Assembly (NCBI GenBank): GCA_000806015.1
Contig: JWKY01000001.1
Location: 43,569 to 107,568, forward strand
Reading direction: 5' to 3'
Origin: an archaeon GW2011_AR19
GTDB taxonomy: Archaea > Nanobdellota > Nanobdellia > Pacearchaeales > GW2011-AR1
DNA length: 64,000 bases
The notes under the pieces were generated by a model, which had not been told where the DNA came from, did no database searches, and worked only from the letters and a program-made list of their open reading frames with translations. A program made the position numbers and the translations under genes. Shown one piece after another: positions 19,557-27,156 of the stretch (position 1 is its first letter; every line of letters starts with the position of its first letter).

Positions 19557-20897
19557 TCAATCACTTAAATTTTTATAATTTATTTTTAAAAATTGAGTTT
19601 TATAATCTTTAATTCGTAATTCCGCCATTTTTTCCATGCTTCCATTATCGAGAGGGATTTCTAATAATACTTGGATAAATTCCACTGGAAGATTATATTT
19701 TGTGATGAAATGCCACCATCGTTGTAATCTTTGTATTTTATCTTTATCTGGAATGTCTAATCTGCTTTCGTTGAAATAATTATCTCCGCAATAATCTTCA
19801 AGGTTTCCTTTTGCAAAACCATGCTCTAAACAATATTCTCCTAATTTTGTTTTTGGATATGGTTGATAGATAGTAACCCATGATTCATCAGGTTTGTTTT
19901 TTAAAGAAAATTTTAAAGTATTCAATGCATCTTCCAACGGATTTTCTATAGGCAAACCTATCATTTGTTGAAGCCTTATCATGATATTATACTTTTTGAA
20001 AAACATTATTGATTCTTCTATATCTTGGTTTGTTATTTGTCCTCTATTAAGTATTTCTTTTTGTACATATGGGCTTGCGCTTTCTATAGAAAAATGAACT
20101 CTGCTTAATCCTGCATTTTTTAATTTTACAACTAAATCCTCTTTTACAAGATTGGCCCTCACACAGCAAATGAATGGAAGGTTTATGCTCTTTTTATATT
20201 TCTCACAGAATTCATCAAGCCATTTTTTATTCCCAAGAAAATTATCATCAATAAACAATATCCTTTCCAAGGGATAATTTTTTTTGATATTTTCTATTTC
20301 CTTAATAGTATAATCAACTGTTTTTCTTTGAAACATCTTATGCTTTTCATCTTTGAATAGTTCTCTGTTCAGATGATTATGGCAATAGGTGCAATCATAT
20401 GGACAGTCTCTTTGAGTTATTACGTTTTTCATCGGATTATTCCTAAATGCATCATATTTGTATAGAATCTCCCTATCAGGAATTGGAAGAGAATTTAAGT
20501 TTTCTATTAATGGTTTTTTGATTATTTTTTGTTTTGTTTTTCCTTCTATAATCTCTATCATTGCTTCCTCTCCTTGACCTATCACCACAAAATCCACATC
20601 TTTCTCATTAGCTATTTCTGGAAAGAATGTAGGATGCGCCCCGCCGAAGACAGAAAGGATGTGTGGGTATCTTTTTTTTATTTTTTCATTGGTCTTCAAA
20701 GCATGTCTATGTTCTCCAGTGCATGTTGAATATGCAAAGACATTTGGCTTGAATCTTTCTATCGCTTCAAATATATCTTCTTCGTCGGTTTGCACAAGTT
20801 CAGTATTGTGTCCTCTCTCTTTCAGATATGCTGATAAATACATCATTCCTAATTTCTCGGTTTCCATTTTTTTTTCAATAAATAATATGTTTGACAT
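19557..20897 (-). CDS. B12-binding (class B) radical SAM enzyme
   Basis: N-terminal B12-binding-like domain (LSAYLKERGHNTELV...VFGGAHPT). Cx3Cx2C motif RDCPYDCTYCHNH. Confidence 0.8.
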   Translation of the reverse strand: MSNILFIEKKMETEKLGMMYLSAYLKERGHNTELVQTDEEDIFEAIERFKPNVFAYSTCTGEHRHALKTNEKIKKRYPHILSVFGGAHPTFFPEIANEKDVDFVVIGQGEEAMIEIIEGKTKQKIIKKPLIENLNSLPIPDREILYKYDAFRNNPMKNVITQRDCPYDCTYCHNHLNRELFKDEKHKMFQRKTVDYTIKEIENIKKNYPLERILFIDDNFLGNKKWLDEFCEKYKKSINLPFICCVRANLVKEDLVVKLKNAGLSRVHFSIESASPYVQKEILNRGQITNQDIEESIMFFKKYNIMIRLQQMIGLPIENPLEDALNTLKFSLKNKPDESWVTIYQPYPKTKLGEYCLEHGFAKGNLEDYCGDNYFNESRLDIPDKDKIQRLQRWWHFITKYNLPVEFIQVLLEIPLDNGSMEKMAELRIKDYKTQFLKINYKNLSD

Positions 20898-20981
20898 TTT
20901 TTATTTTTTCCTTTTAATTTATTTTTTGTATAAATCTCATTAACAAAAGATTTATTAATTTTATTAAGATTAAATATACAC

Positions 20982-21941
20982 TTATCTATTCTGCTTCCCT
21001 TTAATAAATCCGTTTATAGCTCCAATTGTCTGAACTATTGATATAAATATTCCTGCAAATGGATATAAAAGCAAACCAGGAAGCCAGTTTGTTCTGACAA
21101 AAGGATAAATTGTTTGCATTATAGAAGCAAGAAAAAATGGCAAAAGAAAAAATAAACTTATTACTGGATTAATAAATAAACTAATCAGAAATCCAAACAA
21201 AAATAAAATGCGTATTTCAAAATCAAACAAACCTATTCTTCTAAGTAAACCATATTCTCTTTTAAGAGCCCCATGCGCCTCGCCATAACGCTGTTCTTTT
21301 TTTAGCGCGCTTGAAAATTTGCTGTTTTTATCGTAATGCACATGAATAATTTTATCTTCTACGCGTTCTAATTTATATCCTTGTTTTTTTATTCTAACAT
21401 GCATATCGCAATCTTCTCCTGCAAATGCATAATTTTTGGGATTGAAAAAACCAACTTTATCAAACACTTCTTTTTTGTAATTTCCTCCGCCATATTGCGG
21501 TTTTGAAATATGCCTGAATGTAAGCAGCCTTATAAGAAAAGGATATTTTTGCCAGGCTTTTACAGGCCAGACAATAGGAGAGACGACGCACCCTATTTTA
21601 TCATCTGAATAAAGTTTTTTTATGACGTTGCTAAGCCAACTTTTATTTTCAGGAAAATAATCTCTGCAAAGAATTGAGATTACTTGTGTTTTTGAAGATT
21701 TGATGCCTAAATTGAGACTTTCAGAAATTCCTTTGTTTACTGGATTATTTATTAATTTAATTTTATTAACTTTCATAAATTTCAGCATTGAAGCTGAAGG
21801 TTTTGATTTTGGGTTATCATTAACGACGACGATTTCCATTTTAGGATAATCTTGTTTAAGAATATGCCTTAAAGCTTCTTCACTTTTGTCAATTTCAAAT
21901 GTAGGCATAATTATTGTAACTGAAATTTCTTTTTGGGCCAT
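20982..21941 (-). CDS. family 2 glycosyltransferase with C-terminal TM helices
   Basis: VTIIMPTFEIDKSEEALRHILKQDYPKMEIVVVNDNP is a GT-A N-terminal signature. Confidence 0.8.
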   Translation of the reverse strand: MAQKEISVTIIMPTFEIDKSEEALRHILKQDYPKMEIVVVNDNPKSKPSASMLKFMKVNKIKLINNPVNKGISESLNLGIKSSKTQVISILCRDYFPENKSWLSNVIKKLYSDDKIGCVVSPIVWPVKAWQKYPFLIRLLTFRHISKPQYGGGNYKKEVFDKVGFFNPKNYAFAGEDCDMHVRIKKQGYKLERVEDKIIHVHYDKNSKFSSALKKEQRYGEAHGALKREYGLLRRIGLFDFEIRILFLFGFLISLFINPVISLFFLLPFFLASIMQTIYPFVRTNWLPGLLLYPFAGIFISIVQTIGAINGFIKGKQNR

Positions 21942-22015
21942 CTTTGATTAATTCCCTTATAGTTTAAAAACTTAAGTAGGATAAAAATTATAAATCTTCT
22001 TTTCCAGATTAGAAC

Positions 22016-22738
22016 ATGATAGATATTGTTACCGGCAGAAGCAAAAGTGCGCAATTTTTTATTAACTTGGTTCCAAAAAATTTTAGATTAATTTTTAATC
22101 CAAACAGACGATGCATTGAAAAGTTTATTGAGAAAAGCGCCAAAAAAATGGAAAAGGGCGCGAAAATTTTAGATGCAGGAGCAGGGCCCTGTCCATATAA
22201 AAAATTATTTTCACATTGTGATTATGAAGCAACAGATTTTATAGATAAATATAAAATTCTTGATTTTACCTGTCAATTAGATAATATTCCTAAAAAGAAA
22301 GATACTTATGATGCTATACTCTGCACAGAAGTTTTGGAACATGTAGAATATCCGCAAAAAGTAGTTAATGAACTTTATAGAATATTAAAAAAAAATGGAA
22401 AATTATTTTTGACTGTCCCGCAAGCATGGATGATTCATCAGGAACCTTATAATTTTTATTATTTTACTAAATATGGGCTCGCGAGCCTATTAAAGAATGC
22501 GGGTTTTAAAGAATATAAAATTATTCCAAAAGGAGGCTATTTTTGGTTTTTAGCAGACGCTATTAGGTTTAATGAAATTGCCCAGCAATATAAAAAATAT
22601 CCTTTAATATATTATCCCCTAAAAATTTTATCATTTCCATTCACTTCAATAATCTTCCCATTTATTTTATTTTATTTAGATTTTTTAGATAAAGAAAAAA
22701 AATGGACAATGGGTTATGTAGTTGAAGCTAAAAAATAA
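22016..22738 (+). CDS. class I SAM-dependent methyltransferase (Methyltransf_11-like)
   Basis: Motif I KILDAGAGPCPY. Motif post-I/II ILCTEVLEHVEYP. Confidence 0.75.
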   Translation: MIDIVTGRSKSAQFFINLVPKNFRLIFNPNRRCIEKFIEKSAKKMEKGAKILDAGAGPCPYKKLFSHCDYEATDFIDKYKILDFTCQLDNIPKKKDTYDAILCTEVLEHVEYPQKVVNELYRILKKNGKLFLTVPQAWMIHQEPYNFYYFTKYGLASLLKNAGFKEYKIIPKGGYFWFLADAIRFNEIAQQYKKYPLIYYPLKILSFPFTSIIFPFILFYLDFLDKEKKWTMGYVVEAKK

Positions 22739-22753
22739 ATTAGGATAATTTTT

Positions 22754-23557
22754 TCATATCGTCTGCTTGCCCATTAAAAAACCTTTCCAAAAACCAAAAA
22801 GATAGTAAAAATGGTCTGGAAAAGAACTCAATATATAAACTGGAAATAATTTTGTTTCTTTTTTATTAAATGGAAAAGAAAAGATTGTTGCAACTATTCC
22901 AAATATTGGAATCGCCTTTATTAAAAAAGAATGCCATCCGCGCATTTTCAAGCCATAAATTCTAAAAATCGCTCCGCCTCCGTTGGCATATTGACGAGTT
23001 TTTTTTAATCTTTTCATATAAGTTGTTGGATGATAGTGCAATATTCCTGCTTTTGGATAAGCTATTGCTCCTTTTTCTTTTATTTTCATATAAAGATCCA
23101 AATCTTCTCCCCCTGTTTTAAAAGTTTTTTCATCAAAATAATTAACTGATTTTAAAATATCTTTTCTATACGCCCCGCCCTTTCCGTCCAACAAAGAGGT
23201 AATAATTCCTTTTTCTTTTATATTAGCTGCTTTAGCAAATATACTTAAATTTTTCCAGATAAAATCTGGAAGGCGAATCTTAGAAACAGAAGCAATTACA
23301 TTTTTATTTTTGAAAGGTTCAACTAAATTTTTTAACCAAGATTCATTTGCAGGAACGCAATCCTGCGGCAGTTCAACAACAATATCGTATTTTGATTTTT
23401 TTATACCAAGATTTATCTGTTTTGCAAAACCCATATTTTCTTCTATTTCTAATATTTCAATTTTTCCTTTGAATTTTTGTTCTTTTACTGCTTGAATAAG
23501 TTTTTTCAACACATCCCTGTCTGGATTAAATATTGGGATGACGATTGAAACATTCAT
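22754..23557 (-). CDS. family 2 glycosyltransferase
   Basis: MNVSIVIPIFNPDRDVLKKLIQAVKEQKF...DIVVELPQD is a GT-A N-terminal signature. Confidence 0.75.
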   Translation of the reverse strand: MNVSIVIPIFNPDRDVLKKLIQAVKEQKFKGKIEILEIEENMGFAKQINLGIKKSKYDIVVELPQDCVPANESWLKNLVEPFKNKNVIASVSKIRLPDFIWKNLSIFAKAANIKEKGIITSLLDGKGGAYRKDILKSVNYFDEKTFKTGGEDLDLYMKIKEKGAIAYPKAGILHYHPTTYMKRLKKTRQYANGGGAIFRIYGLKMRGWHSFLIKAIPIFGIVATIFSFPFNKKETKLFPVYILSSFPDHFYYLFGFWKGFLMGKQTI

Positions 23558-23828
23558 TAATTTTTAATATTTTTATAGTTTAAATCTTTTCTGTAAGGAA
23601 AAGTTTTGTCAAAAAACTCCTGTTTTTTGTTCCCATTTAAGTCTTTTTCGTTTAAAAAAAGCTTACGCGAAAATCTCGTTAGAGATATCTTCAGCATAAA
23701 TCTTTTCTGGAAGTGATTATTTGTATTTATTAATTCTTCAAAATCATAGATTTTGATAATTTTTAGCTCGGTCTGCTTATTGAAAAAAATAAATTATAAT
23801 AAATAAAATTTGAATGTCCAAGTAGAAA

Positions 23829-24263
23829 CTATTTCATTAGATATTTCTCGATGAATTTTTTATGGGCAGAATGTATATTTTTCGGCGGTTTTTTGAAAAA
23901 TTTTATTTCATCTGCCTGCCAGCTCCCCTTGATTTTTCCGGATTTTCTTTTTACCAAAAAAGCCAAACTAATAGGATGCCCAAATACTTCTTTTTTTTGT
24001 GGAAATTCTATCGCCCCTAAAAGTTTAACGATTTTTACATTTAAGTTGATTTCTTCTTTGGCAGTTCTTTTTACAGCTTGTTTCAATGTTTCATTAAAGA
24101 GAATACTGCCCCCTGGAAAATGCCACATTCCTTTTGAAGGGGGAATTAATCTCTTCGTCAATAATACGCCGTCTTTTGTTTTTAGAATTATTTCAACGCA
24201 TAATCTCGGAACTTGGTTATAAATGCAATTAAATTTTTTTTGAGAGAGTTTTTTTGGAACCAT
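23829..24263 (-). CDS. NUDIX hydrolase
   Basis: Nudix box GGSILFNETLKQAVKRTAKEEINL. Confidence 0.7.
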   Translation of the reverse strand: MVPKKLSQKKFNCIYNQVPRLCVEIILKTKDGVLLTKRLIPPSKGMWHFPGGSILFNETLKQAVKRTAKEEINLNVKIVKLLGAIEFPQKKEVFGHPISLAFLVKRKSGKIKGSWQADEIKFFKKPPKNIHSAHKKFIEKYLMK

Positions 24264-24353
24264 GAAAATTTTTAGTAAAAGAAACTTTAAAAATGTTTTA
24301 TTTTGTTAACTCATTTTTATATTAACTTTTTTAAGAAATCGTTGCAAAGTCGT

Positions 24354-25286
24354 TTATTTTTTATAAAATTCTATTGTTCTTTTTATTCCATCTTCTAAAG
24401 AGGTCTTTGGGGTCCAACCTATTTTTTTCAAACCTGAATTATCACAGACAAAATCAACAATTCCAACATTTTTATGAAAATCCGGCGGGGTGATTACCTT
24501 AACTTTTGTATTTGGAATTTGTTCTCTTACAATATTTATTAATTCCCTGAATTTTGTGAATTCTCCTCTTCCAACATAGTATACTTTGTTTGTCTCTCCT
24601 TTTTCTGCAAGAGTCATGCAGGCATCTGCAACATCATCAACATAAATATAATCTCTGACAAAATCTCCATTATTATAAAGTTGAATTTCTTTGCCTTTCA
24701 CAGCTTGATTTATCATAAAATTAAATCCTGCCTTTTTTTTATTATTTCCATCTTCAAATGGACCAAAAACATTAGTAAATCTGGCAATTATTACATCCAA
24801 ATTAAAAACATTATGATAAATGCGGCAAAAATGTTCTGCAGCAAGTTTTGTAGCTGGATATAAACCCAGAGGATTGCAGGGAGAATCTGCATTAACAGGA
24901 AGTTTATCTGCATTGCCATTAACAAAAAATGTGCTCCCAAAAATAATTTTTGCTTTAGGATTATATTTTTTGCATGCTTCTAAAAGAGCAATTGTTCCAT
25001 TGCAGTTTATTTTTATATCTTTATAGGGTTTGTCTTCTTTAATAGCATAATTATCAACAGTGCCGGCTAAATGAAAAATATAATCTTTATTTTTTACATC
25101 ATCTTCATTTATTTTTCTTACATCTTTTATTATTAAATTAATTTTATTTTCAATATTAAAAATATTATTTTTTTTATTGTAAGATCTTGATAATATATAA
25201 ATATCGTTTTTACTTTCTAAATATTTTTTAGCTAAATGGCTTCCAATAAATCCCATTCCGCCGGTGATTAGAATTTTTTTATTCAT
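24354..25286 (-). CDS. NAD-dependent NDP-sugar epimerase/reductase (extended SDR)
   Basis: ILITGGMGFIGSHLAKKYL; YPATK catalytic pair; 310 aa. It lies directly downstream of the putative 3-dehydratase. Confidence 0.8.
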   Translation of the reverse strand: MNKKILITGGMGFIGSHLAKKYLESKNDIYILSRSYNKKNNIFNIENKINLIIKDVRKINEDDVKNKDYIFHLAGTVDNYAIKEDKPYKDIKINCNGTIALLEACKKYNPKAKIIFGSTFFVNGNADKLPVNADSPCNPLGLYPATKLAAEHFCRIYHNVFNLDVIIARFTNVFGPFEDGNNKKKAGFNFMINQAVKGKEIQLYNNGDFVRDYIYVDDVADACMTLAEKGETNKVYYVGRGEFTKFRELINIVREQIPNTKVKVITPPDFHKNVGIVDFVCDNSGLKKIGWTPKTSLEDGIKRTIEFYKK

Positions 25287-25287
25287 T

Positions 25288-26493
25288 TTATGATTTATAT
25301 TCTCCTAAAAATTTTTTTAATATATTATAATAATCTTTTTTTTGATTTTCAGGCATGCCCCAGCATGGAATGAAAAGTGATCTTTTTTCTATATCGTCGC
25401 CAACTGGAAAATTTCCATTATTGAGAGAGAGCCATTCTGCTCTTTCAAATGGTTTTTGTTTTGTAATATTCCCGCACATTAATGGTCTTACTTCAACTTT
25501 ATTTGCAGTGAGATATCGCGCAAAGCTTGATCTATCAAAAGAAGAACTTTCTTTAATAGTAAGAGGATATGAAAACCAGCTTGGGTCTGCTTTTGGATGA
25601 GTTTGGGGAAGATGAAATACTTCATATTCTGTGAATAATTCTGTCATTTCATTAAATTGTTTTTTTCTTTCTTCAATAAATTTAGGTAATTTAGAAATTT
25701 GTTTTAATCCAAATGATGCCTGCAAAGCAGTCATCTGGCTGTCTGTGCCTAACGTTTCATATGTATATCTCTTTAAAAATTCATCATCTGCAGGACGAAA
25801 ATCTCTACCCCAAAAAATTAGGCTTTTAAGAGTATCGCTTAATTTTTTATTGTTTGTTGCCACAGCTCCGCCAACCCCTCCAGAAGTAATATGATGAGAA
25901 GCATAAAAGCTGTATGCTGCTGCATCCCCATACGAGCCCACACATTTATTTTGATATTTACTTCCTAAAGTATCACAGCAATCTTCTAAAAGAAATCTTG
26001 TTTTTCCTAAAATTTTTAAAATTTTTTCTAAATCAGGAACATTTCCTAATAAATGCGGTAAAATCATTCCTCTTGTTTCCGGATATCTTTCTATTGCTGC
26101 AGACACTTGTTCTGAATCAGCGACATAAGTAGATGGTTTGGTTTCAATAAATATCGGGACTATTCCTAAATTAATTGCTGAGGAAATGCTTGTTGCAAAT
26201 GTAGTTACAGGATGAATTATTTTATCTCCAATTCTCCAGCGGCCATCATGTTTCAAAGCTAATAAAGCATTTTCTATTGCCGCTGAACCGCTATTTGTTA
26301 AATGCACATACGGAATTTCTAAGAATTTTGACATTTCTTTTTCAAGATTTTTATTTGGTTTTCCATATCCAAACCAATCATCCCGAAGCACTTCAGTTAA
26401 AGCTTTTCTTTCTTCTTCTCCCCACTGGACTCTATTAATTAGGTGCGGGTCTCCCATTTTTTCCCATTTTTTCCATCCTATTTTTTTATTCAT
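25288..26493 (-). CDS. DegT-family PLP/PMP enzyme with His replacing the Schiff-base Lys: putative NDP-hexose 3-dehydratase (ColD/E1-like)
   Basis: Family signatures LTNSGSAAIENALLALK. The region aligned to the aminotransferase SLHPLK is AYSFYASHHITSGGVGG, so the Lys position is His. Confidence 0.6.
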   Translation of the reverse strand: MNKKIGWKKWEKMGDPHLINRVQWGEEERKALTEVLRDDWFGYGKPNKNLEKEMSKFLEIPYVHLTNSGSAAIENALLALKHDGRWRIGDKIIHPVTTFATSISSAINLGIVPIFIETKPSTYVADSEQVSAAIERYPETRGMILPHLLGNVPDLEKILKILGKTRFLLEDCCDTLGSKYQNKCVGSYGDAAAYSFYASHHITSGGVGGAVATNNKKLSDTLKSLIFWGRDFRPADDEFLKRYTYETLGTDSQMTALQASFGLKQISKLPKFIEERKKQFNEMTELFTEYEVFHLPQTHPKADPSWFSYPLTIKESSSFDRSSFARYLTANKVEVRPLMCGNITKQKPFERAEWLSLNNGNFPVGDDIEKRSLFIPCWGMPENQKKDYYNILKKFLGEYKS

Positions 26494-26633
26494 TGAGGTT
26501 TATCCTAAATTTATTTTAAATAGTTTATGCTGATGGAAAGCATATTATTCAGGAGAAGTTTAAAATCTTCTGTCAAATAATCTTTGACTATCGTCGTAGA
26601 TTTGATTAATTATAAACCCCTTTAATATGTTTT

Positions 26634-27143
26634 ATGATAAATCTTCAAAACAATAATGCTTTTAAATTAACTAAAATTTGGGTGTTTATGAAAAAAGATA
26701 AGGCAACTAAGGAAAAAGTAGAAAGAATAATAAATGCGGTAAATCCTTACATTGATGCTCGTGGAAAAATAGAGAATTATCTTCTTCCTCAGACAATTAA
26801 TCTTTTAGCGACAATAACTTCAAAAAAAGGAAGCATAAGAGCAAACCACTATCATCCTGAACAAGAACAAATGTGTCTTGTTATTTCTGGAAGCTATGTA
26901 AGTGTTTACAAAGATTTAACCATTTCAAATAGTCAGATTAGACATCAAATTATTAAGGCAGGAGATTTATCAATAATGCCCCCAAATGTTGCGCATACCA
27001 TGATCTTTTTAGAAGATTCTGTTTTTCTCAATTTAGTAAATGGAAATAGAGACCATAATAAATTTGAAGAGCATACTATTAAATACGAATTAGTGAAGCC
27101 TTCTGAAATAGATGATTATCTTCACTTGTATTCAAACGAATAA
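26634..27143 (+). CDS. cupin-fold WxcM/FdtA-like sugar 3,4-ketoisomerase (possible start at 26688)
   Basis: DARGKIENYLLPQTINLLATITSKKGSIRANHYHPEQEQMCLVISGSY matches the FdtA/WxcM pattern D.RG.L...P..I.R......G..RG.H.H...EQ.......G. Confidence 0.55.
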   Translation: MINLQNNNAFKLTKIWVFMKKDKATKEKVERIINAVNPYIDARGKIENYLLPQTINLLATITSKKGSIRANHYHPEQEQMCLVISGSYVSVYKDLTISNSQIRHQIIKAGDLSIMPPNVAHTMIFLEDSVFLNLVNGNRDHNKFEEHTIKYELVKPSEIDDYLHLYSNE

Positions 27144-27156
27144 TTTTCTATAAAAA

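Noticed and set aside
2157-26132. Many short (60-110 aa) ORFs overlapping annotated genes on the opposite strand or in other frames (e.g. 2157..2366, 3762..4053, 5205..5423, 7324..7545, 8109..8324, 13306..13557, 14294..14506, 18481..18768, 20529..20943, 23310..23495, 23851..24222, 24681..25026, 25355..26132).
   Set aside because: Each lies inside a longer ORF with strong family motifs. Products are low-complexity F/L/I/K-rich, as expected by chance in a ~30% GC genome.
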